64,000 nucleotides of DNA, from assembly GCA_946415345.1 (NCBI GenBank), contig CAMKRY010000001.1:2115-66114 (forward strand). The letters run 5' to 3'. Under the pieces are notes generated by a model. That model worked only from the letters and a program-made list of their open reading frames with translations. It made no database searches and was not told the DNA's origin. The stretch's first letter is position 1, and every line of letters starts with the position of its first letter. Positions 17,488 to 28,042 of the stretch are shown in pieces. Both the position numbers and the translations under genes were made by a program. This DNA comes from an uncultured Bacteroidales bacterium. GTDB taxonomy: Bacteria; Bacteroidota; Bacteroidia; Bacteroidales; UBA932.

Positions 17488-18990
17488 ATGAAGCAAATTA
17501 TTTATCAGATGCTGCCGCGACTCTGGGGGAACGGAAAGTTCTCCTCGGTCGATGCGGCCTTTCTAGGCTATCTTCGCGACGACCTGCGTGTCGACACGGT
17601 CTGGTATACCGGCGTGATCCGCCATGCCACGAAAAAGGCGGACGGGGGCTGCATCCCCGCCAAAGTCGTCAAAGGCGAGGCCGGATCGCCCTATGCCATA
17701 GCGGATTACTATGACGTCAATCCCTATCTCGCCGACGATCCGTCGCGGCGCATGGCCGAGTTCGAGGCTCTCCTGGCCCGCACCCATGCCGCCGGCCTGA
17801 AGGTGATCATCGATTTCATCCCCAATCATGTTGCCCGCGAGTACGACGGGACCATGACCCCGGCAGGGGAGACCCGCCTGGGCGCCGCCGATGACCCCAA
17901 TCAGCACTGGAAGGAGGAGAATGATTTCTACTATTATCCCGGCACGCCGCTGCGCCTTCCCGTGGACTGCGACGGCTATGCGGAATACCCTGCGCGGGCT
18001 TCCGGCAACAGTTTCACGCCTTCACCGGACGTGAACGACTGGTATGAGACCGTGAAACTGAATTATGGCGACAGCCATACGCCGACCTGGGACCGGATGC
18101 GAAATATTGTCCGTTTCTGGGCCGCCAAGGGCGTGGACGGCTTCCGCTGCGACATGGTGGAGCTGGTGCCGCCGGCTTATATGCGCTGGCTGATCGCCTC
18201 CGTCAAGGCCGAATTCCCCGGCGTCCGCTTCATTGCCGAGGTCTATGAAACCGAAAAATACCGGATGTATGTCGACGAAGTGGGATTCGACCTGCTCTAC
18301 GACAAGTCCGGCCTCTACGACCGCCTGCGTGCGGTGACCTGCGACGGCGCTTCGGCCCGTTGCCTGACGCAGAACTGGCAGATTCTGGGGGACCTCCAGG
18401 GAAACATGCTGAACTTTCTGGAGAATCACGACGAGCAGCGGGTGGCCTCGGATTTCTTTGCCGGTTCGGCGCAGAAGGGCTATGCCGCCCTGGCCGTATC
18501 GCTGCTGCAGAACGATGCCTCTCATATGCTCTATTTCGGGCAGGAGATCGGCGAGCGGGGCATGGACGACGAGCCTTTCAGCGGCGTCAACGGCCGTACC
18601 TCCATCTTCGACTGGTGGACGGTCGACTCGCTGGCGCGTCTTGAAAAATGGATCGGCAACCATCGCTGCGGACTGAACAAGGAGGAACGGGCCGTGCTGA
18701 CGCATTACCGCGAGCTTCTGGCCCTCTCTCGCCGGCCCGCTTTCGCGACGGGAAAGAGCTTCGACCTCTGCTATTGCCAGGGGGACTGGTTTGATGCCGA
18801 CCGGAACTATGCCTTCCTCCGCTGCGACGGAAAGCAGTGCTGGCTGGTGGCGGCGCATTTCGGTGATGGGCCGGTGCAGATGTCACTGCGGATTCCGCCG
18901 GAGGCAGGGGATTATTTCGGTCTGGAACTGCCGCCGGGCGTGCCGGTGGAGATTCCGGCCTGGGATGCTGTAACCATTAAAATATCGTAA
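17488..18990 (+). CDS. GH13 alpha-amylase family glycosyl hydrolase
   Basis: GSPYAIADY, DFIPNH, GVDGFRCD, FIAEVY, FLENHDE. Confidence 0.9.
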   Translation: MKQIIYQMLPRLWGNGKFSSVDAAFLGYLRDDLRVDTVWYTGVIRHATKKADGGCIPAKVVKGEAGSPYAIADYYDVNPYLADDPSRRMAEFEALLARTHAAGLKVIIDFIPNHVAREYDGTMTPAGETRLGAADDPNQHWKEENDFYYYPGTPLRLPVDCDGYAEYPARASGNSFTPSPDVNDWYETVKLNYGDSHTPTWDRMRNIVRFWAAKGVDGFRCDMVELVPPAYMRWLIASVKAEFPGVRFIAEVYETEKYRMYVDEVGFDLLYDKSGLYDRLRAVTCDGASARCLTQNWQILGDLQGNMLNFLENHDEQRVASDFFAGSAQKGYAALAVSLLQNDASHMLYFGQEIGERGMDDEPFSGVNGRTSIFDWWTVDSLARLEKWIGNHRCGLNKEERAVLTHYRELLALSRRPAFATGKSFDLCYCQGDWFDADRNYAFLRCDGKQCWLVAAHFGDGPVQMSLRIPPEAGDYFGLELPPGVPVEIPAWDAVTIKIS

Positions 18991-18991
18991 T

Positions 18992-19357
18992 ATGCGCAGA
19001 TGGATTCTTTTGGCGGCCCTGTCCATAGCCGCCGTGGCCTGCACCAGCAGCGCCGGCCGTTCTTCTTCTCCCGCGGCAGAGCCGGTCAATCCGGTCAATC
19101 CGGTGGATTCCCTCCTGGCGGTCATAGCCGGGCAATACGACTTGCCGGAGCAGACAGTAATGGCGCTGGCCGGAACCTATGGTGATTATCAGCTGAGTGA
19201 GGAAGACAGAAACCGGCTCGCAGAGGGTTTTGCGGCTGTTTCTCCCGTAGACGGGAAGCTTCATGACACGCTTCTTCCGGCTCTCAAAGAGGAACTCCGG
19301 CTCTGTGAGACCTTCGCGGATGTATGCCGGCGGCTGGGCCTGACTGTGGAGGAATGA
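18992..19357 (+). CDS. small lipoprotein (paralogue family)
   Basis: Lipobox AVAC; YQLSEEDR..L and ETFADV motif. Confidence 0.7.
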   Translation: MRRWILLAALSIAAVACTSSAGRSSSPAAEPVNPVNPVDSLLAVIAGQYDLPEQTVMALAGTYGDYQLSEEDRNRLAEGFAAVSPVDGKLHDTLLPALKEELRLCETFADVCRRLGLTVEE

Positions 19358-19411
19358 TTTGGCCGTATCGCAAAGTTTTCCTACTTTTGTAAACAACACA
19401 ACCCTTTAGAT

Positions 19412-19840
19412 ATGAAAAAGATCCTTTTGACCCTTGCCGTCGCCTTTGTGGCCGCTCCCGGCCTGCTTCGCGCCGAGGCCTTGACTGCCCCCGTGACCGT
19501 TACTGCAACTGCCGTTACGCCGGTTGATGATCTCATCAAGCAGATGAACAAACTGTTCGCCCTGATGGGGAACGATATGACGACGGACGACATGACGCTG
19601 GAACAGATGAGCCAATTCCTTCAGATCGCCCAGGAAATCGAGAATCTGAAGGCCAAGTACTCGTCATACAAACTTACCGCCGCCGATCGCGAAACGCTTG
19701 TCCGCTGGGCCCGCACGACCAATGAGAAGTTAAACGGCGAGAGAATGACCGCGGACGAAATCGCCGAACTGCGGGAGGAACTGAACTCCTACAAGACCTT
19801 CGGCGACCTGACGGACGATCTCGACCTCAACGATATGTAG
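19412..19840 (+). CDS. small secreted helical protein (paralogue family)
   Basis: Signal peptide; YKLTAADRETL and KTFGDL motif; TACTTTTG promoter at 19382. Confidence 0.8.
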   Translation: MKKILLTLAVAFVAAPGLLRAEALTAPVTVTATAVTPVDDLIKQMNKLFALMGNDMTTDDMTLEQMSQFLQIAQEIENLKAKYSSYKLTAADRETLVRWARTTNEKLNGERMTADEIAELREELNSYKTFGDLTDDLDLNDM

Positions 19841-19844
19841 GAAG

Positions 19845-20573
19845 GTGCTGACCGCCGCTCAAATCAAACTGATCCGCAGCCTCGCGCAGAAAAAGGAGCG
19901 CGAGGCTTGCGGTTTATTTGTCGTGGAGGGAGAGAAGATGGTCGCCGAGGCGCAGCGTTCCGGTTGGACCGTCGAAGCCGTCTATCGCGTGGAAGAGGTG
20001 GGGGAAAAGGCGATGGAACGGATGTCCCTGCTCGCGACCCCGTCTCCGGTGCTGGCCCTGGTCCGCATCCCGGAGACCGTCCGGAATGCTCCGGATCCCG
20101 GAAAGGGCCTCTATCTGGCCCTCGACGGCATCCGCGACCCCGGCAATCTCGGAACCATTCTCCGCATCGCCGACTGGTTCGGCATTGATGCGGTTTACGC
20201 CTCGCCCGACACGGCGGATCTCTTCAATCCGAAGGTCGTGCAGGCCACCATGGGCGCCCTATTCCGCGTCCGTTTCCATTATCGGGACATTCCCGGTCTC
20301 TGTCGCAAGGCCCTGAATGCCGGCGGCCGGGTTTACGGTACCTTCCTCGACGGGGAGAATCTCTATGGTAAGGCCCTTTCCTGCGGCGAGAACGCACCGT
20401 CGGTCATCGTCATCGGCAATGAGGCCCATGGCATCTCAAAAGAGACGGCCGCTGTCGTCAGCGACCGCCTCTACATTCCGCCTTTCCCGGCGGATGATCC
20501 CGGCTCGGAATCCCTCAATGCGGCCGTTGCAACGGCTGTCACCGTGGCGGAATTCCGTCGTAGGCAGGGTTAA
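19845..20573 (+). CDS. TrmH/SpoU family RNA methyltransferase
   Basis: DPGNLGTILR, IGNEAHG, ESLNAAVA; GTG start. Confidence 0.9.
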   Translation: MLTAAQIKLIRSLAQKKEREACGLFVVEGEKMVAEAQRSGWTVEAVYRVEEVGEKAMERMSLLATPSPVLALVRIPETVRNAPDPGKGLYLALDGIRDPGNLGTILRIADWFGIDAVYASPDTADLFNPKVVQATMGALFRVRFHYRDIPGLCRKALNAGGRVYGTFLDGENLYGKALSCGENAPSVIVIGNEAHGISKETAAVVSDRLYIPPFPADDPGSESLNAAVATAVTVAEFRRRQG

Positions 20574-20974
20574 TCGAACATCCCCATTTTCAGCATATCG
20601 CCCAGGGTCTTGATGCTCTTCATCGCCTCCTTGGCGGCCTTTTCTTCCTCGGGAGTGATCTTCTCGCCTTCCGCTGCAGCCATGGCCTTGGCTTTCTCGA
20701 AGAGGTAGTCACGGTCGGCATCGGTCAGTTCATAGTCCTTGTTGGCCTCGAGGAACGCTTTGGCCTCCTCTTCGAGGGCCTCGTTCTGCTCCCGGAAAGC
20801 GGCGTAATCAAGCTTGCCTTCGCGATAGCTGTTTTCAAGGGCCTGGGCTTTTTCCGCCATATTGAACAAGGTGCCTACGGGGCCTGATTCGGCGCTTTTC
20901 TTGTCGTTGCCGCAGGAAATGGCGATAACGGTCGCGCAGAAGGCGACAGTCAGGAAAGTAAGGATACGTTTCAT
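20570..20974 (-). CDS. small lipoprotein (paralogue family)
   Basis: Lipobox AISC; YELTDADRDYL and KTLGDM motif. Confidence 0.8.
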   Translation of the reverse strand: MKRILTFLTVAFCATVIAISCGNDKKSAESGPVGTLFNMAEKAQALENSYREGKLDYAAFREQNEALEEEAKAFLEANKDYELTDADRDYLFEKAKAMAAAEGEKITPEEEKAAKEAMKSIKTLGDMLKMGMFD

Positions 20975-21088
20975 GTCGTGTGTTAGATTTGATGTGAATA
21001 AGCAAATATAGTAATCCTTTGTAAGAAAAACAAGTAGAACCATCATTTGGCTATATCCGAGAATTTGGTTACTTTTGTTAGATGAAAC

Positions 21089-23305
21089 ATGCGTAAAAAG
21101 TCCATCATACGGATCGCCCTTATCCTGGTGGCCGGCCTCCTCGCGGGGGCCTGCAGTACGACCCGCCTGTTGGAGATGGGCCAGTACCGGCTGGAACGCA
21201 ATATCATTGACGTGAAAGATGCGCCCGGCTTCCGTGATCCCGAACTGGAGAACTATATCCGCCAGCAGCCGAATTCCAGCATCATCTTCGGCTGGAGCCC
21301 GCTCGTAAACATCTACAACTGGTCCGGCCGCGATGCCGACAAATGGATCAACAAGACCATTCGCAATCTCGGCGAGGCTCCGGTGGTCTATGATCCCGAT
21401 CTCGTGCAGGTCTCGGTGGACAATCTAAGGAATCACCTGGAGTATATCGGTTATTACGGTTCCGAGGTCGACGGACATCCGGATGAGCCCAAGGGGAAGC
21501 GCGTCAGCGTCCGCTATGAAATCCGTCCCGGTCGCCGCTATCCAATCCGCGATATCCTCTATGATGTCCCGACGCGGGGCGATATCGCCGCCGATTTCTA
21601 TGCTGATACCGCCAACGTGACGATCCGCCGCGGCTCCTACCTGTCTGAAGCCGCCCTCGCAGAGGAAAGCATGCGCTCCGCCGCCTGGCTCCGTAACCGC
21701 GGCTATTTCGACCTTTCCCAGAACAATTACGTCTTCCTCGCCGATACGCTGGCCTATCCCGGCGAGGCCGTCCTGACGATGAGACTTCTCGAGCATGCCC
21801 GCAATGAAGGGGAAGAGAGCGCCCGGGAACTGGTCCGCTACCGCTTCGGCAACGTGACCATCTCTCACCCGGAAACCATGCCTTTCCGCGAGAAGTTCCT
21901 TCGCAAGGTCAACGGCATCGTTCCCGGCCGTCCCTACAGCGAGACTGTCGTCTCGAACACTTACGCGCGCCTGTCCGCCATCCGCTATTTCAGCAGCGTC
22001 AACGTCCAGCTGACGCCGGGGGATTCCGCCAAGGTCGACTGCGCCATCCGCATCCAGCCGTCGAATCCCCGCGGTCTTCGTTTCAACATCGAGGCCTCGA
22101 CCAACTCGAACGGCCTGGTGGGTCTGTCGCCGCAGATCAGCTATTACCACAAGAACATTTTCCATGGCGGAGAATGGCTCAACGTCGGTCTCATGGGCAA
22201 CTTCCAGATGAAGGTAGGCAAGAACTTCAAGGTCGACAGGTCCGTCCGTTCGACCGAATTCGGCGTATCAACGAGCATCAGCTTTCCCAAACTCCTGCTC
22301 TTCCCTGTAGCCCGTTTCCGCGGCCGTTCCGTGCCGAGGACCGATATCGCCCTGTCCTATAACTTCCAGGACCGCCCTGAATACACCCGCAACATCCTGT
22401 CGACCTCCTTCAGCTACATCGGCAATCTCCGCAATCGGATGTGGTATCAGATTTCGCCCCTGCAGCTGAGCGTCGTCCGTCTCTACGACCTCAAGGATTC
22501 CTTCCGCGAGTCCATGGCGACCAACCCGTTCCTCGCGAACGCCTATATGGACCACTTCGACGCCGGCGCCAGCATGACCTTATATAATACGACGAATGCC
22601 GACGCCAACCCGACGACCGCTTACCGCTACTGGCGCCTGCAGGTCGATGCCTCCGGCAATATCCTGGCGCTGGCCAAGGGCCTCATGAAAAAGGATGCGA
22701 ACGGGGCAGGCATGATCTGGGATACGCCTTTCGCGCAATATGTACGTCTGGAGGGGTCCGTCGGCCGGACATGGACATTCGGCGAGGAGAACAAGCGCGC
22801 CCTCGCGACGCGCTTGCTGGCCGGCGCCGGCTATGCCTATGGCAACTCCGAGACGCTGCCGTTCGAAAAGCAGCTCTATGCCGGCGGTGCTGGCAGCCTC
22901 CGTGGCTGGCAGGCCCGCAGTGTCGGCCCCGGCCGTTCCGCCCTCAACGAGACCTTCGTCATCCCGAACCAGACAGGTGATATCCGCCTGGAGGCCAATG
23001 TAGAATATCGTTTCCCGCTGTTCTGGCGCCTCAAAGGAGCCGCCTTCGTTGACGTGGGCAACGTATGGAACAACGCCAAAACGGCGACGGACGAAAGTGC
23101 CGTGCTGAAAATGAGCACCTTCGCGGAAAGTCTGGCCGCCTCCTGGGGCACCGGCATCCGCATGGACCTTTCCTACATTCTCCTCCGCATAGACCTGGGC
23201 ATCCGTCTCCACGATCCGGCCCGTACCCAACCCTGGTGTAAACCTAACCAGTGGTTCGATGCCAACGGCTACGCGGTCCATTTCGGAGTCGGATATCCGT
23301 TCTAA
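21089..23305 (+). CDS. tamL: Omp85/TamA-family lipoprotein (TamL-like)
   Basis: Lipobox LAGAC, POTRA-like region, LRGW motif, C-terminal FGVGYPF. Confidence 0.82.
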   Translation: MRKKSIIRIALILVAGLLAGACSTTRLLEMGQYRLERNIIDVKDAPGFRDPELENYIRQQPNSSIIFGWSPLVNIYNWSGRDADKWINKTIRNLGEAPVVYDPDLVQVSVDNLRNHLEYIGYYGSEVDGHPDEPKGKRVSVRYEIRPGRRYPIRDILYDVPTRGDIAADFYADTANVTIRRGSYLSEAALAEESMRSAAWLRNRGYFDLSQNNYVFLADTLAYPGEAVLTMRLLEHARNEGEESARELVRYRFGNVTISHPETMPFREKFLRKVNGIVPGRPYSETVVSNTYARLSAIRYFSSVNVQLTPGDSAKVDCAIRIQPSNPRGLRFNIEASTNSNGLVGLSPQISYYHKNIFHGGEWLNVGLMGNFQMKVGKNFKVDRSVRSTEFGVSTSISFPKLLLFPVARFRGRSVPRTDIALSYNFQDRPEYTRNILSTSFSYIGNLRNRMWYQISPLQLSVVRLYDLKDSFRESMATNPFLANAYMDHFDAGASMTLYNTTNADANPTTAYRYWRLQVDASGNILALAKGLMKKDANGAGMIWDTPFAQYVRLEGSVGRTWTFGEENKRALATRLLAGAGYAYGNSETLPFEKQLYAGGAGSLRGWQARSVGPGRSALNETFVIPNQTGDIRLEANVEYRFPLFWRLKGAAFVDVGNVWNNAKTATDESAVLKMSTFAESLAASWGTGIRMDLSYILLRIDLGIRLHDPARTQPWCKPNQWFDANGYAVHFGVGYPF

Positions 23306-23347
23306 TCATGCGTTATTTGTAAATTATTAATAGTCAATGAGATATTA

Positions 23348-23381
23348 AAAATCTCCTATGTAAAATATCATAGGAGATTTT
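23348..23381. terminator. bidirectional hairpin terminator
   Basis: AAAATCTCCTATG / CATAGGAGATTTT perfect 13-bp IR between convergent genes. Confidence 0.6.
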
Positions 23382-23424
23382 CTGTATATTTCTAATTATC
23401 AACTAGTTATAGAAAACGACCGAA

Positions 23425-24732
23425 CTACTTCTTATAATACTTTGGCCAACACCAGGCGAGGTAATCGCGAAGGGTGTTTTCGCGGGCGTTGGGCGCGGGC
23501 TCGTAGAAGACGTGGCCACGGAGGGCGTCGGGCATGAATTCGAGGTCGACGAAGTGTCCGGGGAAGTCATGGGCATACTTGTAGCCGTCGCTGTAGCCGA
23601 GCTCCTCCATGAGGGAGGTCGGGGCGTTGCGAAGGTGCAGCGGGACGCTGAGGTTACCGGACTGCCTGACTTCGGCGAGGGCGGCGTCGATCGCCAGGTA
23701 GGAGGCGTTGCTCTTGGGGGAGGAGGCCAGGTAGACCGTCGCCTCCGCGAGGGGAATGCGGCCCTCGGGCATGCCGACCTTGGCGACGATGTCGAAGCAG
23801 GCGTTGGCGAGGAAAACAGCGTTGGGATTGGCCAGGCCGATGTCCTCGGCGGCGCTGATGCAAAGCCGCCGGGCGATGAAGAGGGGATCCTCACCGCCGT
23901 CGATCATGCGGGCCAGCCAATAGATGGCGGCGTTGGGATCGGAGCCGCGGATGGACTTGATGAAGGCGGAGATGATGTCGTAGTGCATCTCTCCGTCCTT
24001 GTCATAAATGGCGATGTTTTCCTGGATGCAGGCGGCTACGGTGGCGTTGTCGATAACGATGGGGCCGCTCTTGCCGGCGAAGGAGTCCACGACGATCTCG
24101 AGGACGTTCAGGAGCTTGCGGCCGTCGCCGCCGCTGAAACGGAAGAGGGCGTCGGTTTCGCGCAGCTCAATCGGCTTTTCCTTAAGGATGACATCTTCCT
24201 TTAAAGCATTATCCAGTAATTGTTTCAAGTCGGCCACCTCAAGAGATTTGAGGACGAAGACCTGACAACGGGACAGAAGGGGGGTGATGACTTCAAAGGA
24301 GGGGTTTTCGGTGGTCGCGCCGATGAGGATGACCGTTCCGGCTTCGACGGCTCCGAGCAGGGCGTCCTGCTGGGCCTTGTTGAAACGGTGAATCTCGTCG
24401 ATAAAGAGGATGGGTGCTCCCTTGGCTGAAGCAAACACGCTGCCGCCGCGGGCCCGGTCGATGACGTCCCGCACGTCCTTGACGCCGGCGGAAACGGCTG
24501 AGAGCGTATAGAACTCGCGGTCCAGGGTCTTGGCGAGAATCTGCGCCAGCGTCGTCTTGCCGACGCCGGGAGGCCCCCAGAGGATGAAGGAGGACAGATT
24601 GCCGCTCTCGATCATGTTGCGGAGGATACAGCCTTCGCCGACCAGGTGGCGCTGGCCGACATAACCCTCCAAAGTGGAGGGACGCATCCGCTCGGGCAGC
24701 GGGGGAAGGAGCCTACTGGAGTTGCTTTCCAT
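23425..24732 (-). CDS. rarA: replication-associated recombination protein A
   Basis: [50 protein letters not shown]. Confidence 0.93.
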   Translation of the reverse strand: MESNSSRLLPPLPERMRPSTLEGYVGQRHLVGEGCILRNMIESGNLSSFILWGPPGVGKTTLAQILAKTLDREFYTLSAVSAGVKDVRDVIDRARGGSVFASAKGAPILFIDEIHRFNKAQQDALLGAVEAGTVILIGATTENPSFEVITPLLSRCQVFVLKSLEVADLKQLLDNALKEDVILKEKPIELRETDALFRFSGGDGRKLLNVLEIVVDSFAGKSGPIVIDNATVAACIQENIAIYDKDGEMHYDIISAFIKSIRGSDPNAAIYWLARMIDGGEDPLFIARRLCISAAEDIGLANPNAVFLANACFDIVAKVGMPEGRIPLAEATVYLASSPKSNASYLAIDAALAEVRQSGNLSVPLHLRNAPTSLMEELGYSDGYKYAHDFPGHFVDLEFMPDALRGHVFYEPAPNARENTLRDYLAWCWPKYYKK

Positions 24733-25855
24733 AGATTCTGCGGCGTTTGTTCTGGGTGGTCTCGAAGTTCTCCCACGGGGCCTGGACCTTGGTGTTGGTC
24801 TCGAGTTCGGCGTTGGTCTCGGCCCATTGGAAACCATATTTGAGGTAGATGGGGACGAGGTCGTCGAAGATGACGGCATTCAGGCCGCGGCCGGACCATT
24901 CCGGATCCACGGCGATGAGCAGGAGCTCCACCGACGGCTCGTGCTTCCACCAGAGGGACTTCAGGAGGTACCACCATCCGAAGGGGAGGATGTGCCCGTT
25001 TGCCTTCTGCATGGCCCGGACGATGGAGGGCATTGACACGCCGACGGCGATGAGCTTTCCGTCCATGTCCTCAATCAGCGTAACGAGCTTGAGATCCAGG
25101 AACGGGAAGTAGGATTTGACGTAGGCGTCGATCATTTCCGGGGTCAGGACCGTGAAGTCGTAGAGCTGGCAGTAGGTGCGGTTGATCAGTTCGAAGATCT
25201 TGTGGGCCAGTTTTTCTTTTTTCAACTCGCGCTTGGTAATCTTGCGGATGCGGATGTCGTAGCGTGCCCGCACGAACTTGGCGATGCGGGTGACGCGCTC
25301 CGGAATGCCCTCCGGCGGCACGGTGACGCGGTATTCGAGCCAGTCAATGTCCTTGGTGTAGCCCAGCGCCTCCATGTGTTCCATATAATAGGGGTGGTTG
25401 TAGGGGAGGGTGAAGGTGCTGATCTGGTCGAAGCCCTCGACGAGCATGCCTTCCGGGTCGAAATCGGCAAAGCCCAGCGGGCCCACCACCTTGTCTACGC
25501 CCAGTTCACGGCCATACTCCTCCACTTTCGCCATCAGGGCGGCGGAGACTTCGCGGTCGTCGATGAAGTCCAGCCAGCCGTAGCGGAGCTCATGGTGCTT
25601 CCAGTATTCGTTGGCCCGGCGGTTGTAGATGGCGGCCACGCGGCCGACTACCTGGCCGTCCTTGTCATCATAGGCGAGGAAAATGCGGCTGTCACAGAAA
25701 GCGTAGGCCGGGTTTTTGGCCTCATCGAGCGTATCGACAACGTCGGAAATCAGCTGGGGAACGAAATAGGGATTCTTATGGTAGAGCTGGTTCGGGAACT
25801 CGGCGAAGCGCTTGAGCTCCTTCCGGGACTTGATTTGGACGATCTGAACGGACAT
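24713..25855 (-). CDS. GNAT-fold N-acetyltransferase (YghO-like)
   Basis: VVGRVAAI, GPLGFADFDPEGMLVEGF, YNHPYY, ELETN. Confidence 0.75.
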   Translation of the reverse strand: MSVQIVQIKSRKELKRFAEFPNQLYHKNPYFVPQLISDVVDTLDEAKNPAYAFCDSRIFLAYDDKDGQVVGRVAAIYNRRANEYWKHHELRYGWLDFIDDREVSAALMAKVEEYGRELGVDKVVGPLGFADFDPEGMLVEGFDQISTFTLPYNHPYYMEHMEALGYTKDIDWLEYRVTVPPEGIPERVTRIAKFVRARYDIRIRKITKRELKKEKLAHKIFELINRTYCQLYDFTVLTPEMIDAYVKSYFPFLDLKLVTLIEDMDGKLIAVGVSMPSIVRAMQKANGHILPFGWWYLLKSLWWKHEPSVELLLIAVDPEWSGRGLNAVIFDDLVPIYLKYGFQWAETNAELETNTKVQAPWENFETTQNKRRRIYGKQLQ

Positions 25856-25959
25856 GGGCTTTGGTTTTCGTAACTGACAAATATACGGAAAATTGGTCGA
25901 TTTTTGCCGCGCTTTCAGGAATTATTGACTAAATTTGTGGAAACGTGTACCAAGCCGCC

Positions 25960-26502
25960 ATGACCCCTATCCCGAGAAAAGTCCTGGTTCCAGTGATCGT
26001 ATTCCTCTGCTGTGTCTTTCAAGGCGAGGCGCAGGAACGGCATCTGGGTACGGTACAGTCGCCGAAAGGCATCGGCTTTTTCTATGCCTACGGCTCCCGC
26101 ACGGAGCTGAACCATTTTTCCTTCGCCCTGGATTTCGACGGCATTTTCCGCGGGCATACCCGTCGTCCCGGCTTCCGGCTTGGCTACCAGAAACATTTCT
26201 CCCTGCCCGTTTACCGCCTGGCGGACGGAACGGACCTGGATTTCTTTTACGGGCCCGGAGTGGTTGCCGGTGCCGTACGGGATGGGGAGGACTTCCAGGG
26301 GCCCATGGTGGCGCTGCGCGGTGTCCTGGGCCTTTGTTTCATTTTCCCGGAAAGGCCCTTTACGCTGGGCTTCGCCATCAGCGGCGATCTCGGCGTCCAC
26401 ATGCAGCGCGTGGCAGGGCAGAATACCAATGTCCTCCGGCTGTACAGAGGCGGTCTTCGTCGCATCTGGATGCCGGAAATCCACTTGAGCTACCGATTCT
26501 GA
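25960..26502 (+). CDS. hypothetical outer-membrane beta-barrel protein
   Basis: Signal peptide, alternating beta strands, C-terminal LSYRF. Confidence 0.65.
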   Translation: MTPIPRKVLVPVIVFLCCVFQGEAQERHLGTVQSPKGIGFFYAYGSRTELNHFSFALDFDGIFRGHTRRPGFRLGYQKHFSLPVYRLADGTDLDFFYGPGVVAGAVRDGEDFQGPMVALRGVLGLCFIFPERPFTLGFAISGDLGVHMQRVAGQNTNVLRLYRGGLRRIWMPEIHLSYRF

Positions 26503-27110
26503 TGCGTACCGCCCGTCATATCCTGCTGGCCGTCCTGCTGGCCGTTCCGTCGCTCCTGCATGCCCAGGAACGGGCCGGAATCGGCGTGGAATGGGGCATG
26601 GGCTATCTGCCGGCGTACGATCATTCCGAGATATTCCTTTCGGATGCCCGCTATCGCATCGACCGGGAGGGCTGGAAGGGGAGTCAGCATGTCAACGGCT
26701 TTGTCACTTTCGCTTTTGAATATGACATTTCCGAGCGCCAGACGCTGTCCCTGACGCTCGGCAAGAGGGGAGTGGGGACCGGTGACCGGATCTATCCTCT
26801 CGGCCTGCGCTATGCCCGCTACCACCGGAGCCATGCCGCCGATACAGGCTGGTTCTTCGCCGAGGCCGGCGTGGGTTACAACCGTGATGCGCGGGTGCAT
26901 TCCGCCGCGCAGGGATTGGCTGGCTATGGTTGGCGGTATCGGCTGGGTGGTCATTCCTTCGTCGACGCCGGCGTTCGCCTGACGGCCGTATGGTATCGCC
27001 CGGATATCATCGATCCGGACACGGAAACGCCTGTCCCTAAGCAATTTATCTATAAGAACCAGCGGCTGGATACCTTCCTGGAGTTCTTCCTGGCGATTCG
27101 ATTAAGGTAA
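26502..27110 (+). CDS. hypothetical outer-membrane beta-barrel protein
   Basis: TGATG coupling to the previous gene; signal peptide MRTARHILLAVLL...HAQ. Confidence 0.7.
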   Translation: MRTARHILLAVLLAVPSLLHAQERAGIGVEWGMGYLPAYDHSEIFLSDARYRIDREGWKGSQHVNGFVTFAFEYDISERQTLSLTLGKRGVGTGDRIYPLGLRYARYHRSHAADTGWFFAEAGVGYNRDARVHSAAQGLAGYGWRYRLGGHSFVDAGVRLTAVWYRPDIIDPDTETPVPKQFIYKNQRLDTFLEFFLAIRLR

Positions 27111-27114
27111 AAAA

Positions 27115-27144
27115 AGATGCCCCGGACAGAGCCGGGGCATGACG
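27115..27144 (-). repeat. REP type B variant, possibly also a terminator
   Basis: AGATGCCCCGG-ACAGAG-CCGGGGCATGACG has the same ends as 14174-14200. Confidence 0.7.
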
Positions 27145-27163
27145 GATTCAAAAGGGGAGTGGA

Positions 27164-28009
27164 TTACTTGACTTCTTTGAGACGGAACTCGAGGGAAGCC
27201 TTGTATTCTTTGCTATTGCCCTTGATGGTACCGTTCAGCGTCAGGACGCAAATAGAATTGACATACTTGATGTTGCCGTCGCCCTTGGTGTTGAAGATGT
27301 TGTTGCCGCCGCCGGAGACCGTGAAGTCGTAGGTGAAGTTAAGGTTGTTGACATCACAGGAACCGACGTATGCATCGGCACCCTGGAAGTCCACGATGAA
27401 GCCGCCGCAACCGGAAATGGTGATGGTCTTGATGTTGTAACCCTTGTACTCGTCAGCGTTGAAGTTAACGCCGTTGTCCTTGAGGTACTTGGCGATTTCG
27501 TCGAGGTCGGCACCCTTGGTGGTCGTGTAGGAGACGCCGGCTTCCTTGAGGTCACCGCCGGTAACCTTGATACGAAGGTTGTCGATTTCCCAGGTGCGAT
27601 AGAGGGCCTCGTCGGATTCCGGGGTCTCGGCCTCTGCTGTAACGGTGACAGAAGCGTTGCCGTCTTCCGTGACGGTCACTTCGACGTTGGTGCCGGTGCC
27701 GGAAACCGTGACGGTACCCTTGAAGTCACCGGTGAGGGTGTAGGTCGTGCCGTTGACGGTGAAGGTACCGGTAATGAAGACGGTATCATCAGCCTTGGTG
27801 ACGGCCTTTTCCATAATGTAACGGCCGGACTCGGTGAATTCGATGGATTTGATGTCACCGCTCTTGAAAGTGAGCTTCTTGGCTTCTTTCTGGAACTTCG
27901 GGGCCTGGAATTCGACCTTGGTCTCGTCCTTGCTGTCGTCCTTGTTGCAGGAGACAAAAGCAGGGAGCATCATCGCGGAAAGCGCGAGGAGAAGAATGCT
28001 TTTTTTCAT
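27164..28009 (-). CDS. beta-rich lipoprotein
   Basis: Lipobox FVSC followed by acidic/lysine export-like signal; biased codon use. Confidence 0.8.
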   Translation of the reverse strand: MKKSILLLALSAMMLPAFVSCNKDDSKDETKVEFQAPKFQKEAKKLTFKSGDIKSIEFTESGRYIMEKAVTKADDTVFITGTFTVNGTTYTLTGDFKGTVTVSGTGTNVEVTVTEDGNASVTVTAEAETPESDEALYRTWEIDNLRIKVTGGDLKEAGVSYTTTKGADLDEIAKYLKDNGVNFNADEYKGYNIKTITISGCGGFIVDFQGADAYVGSCDVNNLNFTYDFTVSGGGNNIFNTKGDGNIKYVNSICVLTLNGTIKGNSKEYKASLEFRLKEVK

Positions 28010-28042
28010 AGTAAAATATTGATTATTAAAATATTAGCGGTT

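Noticed and set aside
20993-21001. DnaA-box match TGTGAATAA
   Set aside because: Isolated 9-mer in an AT-rich promoter; expected by chance
25935-27110. Single 391-aa protein from the ORF track
   Set aside because: The N-terminal half overlaps the real 25960-26502 gene in another frame; the true start is ATG 26502 with a signal peptide
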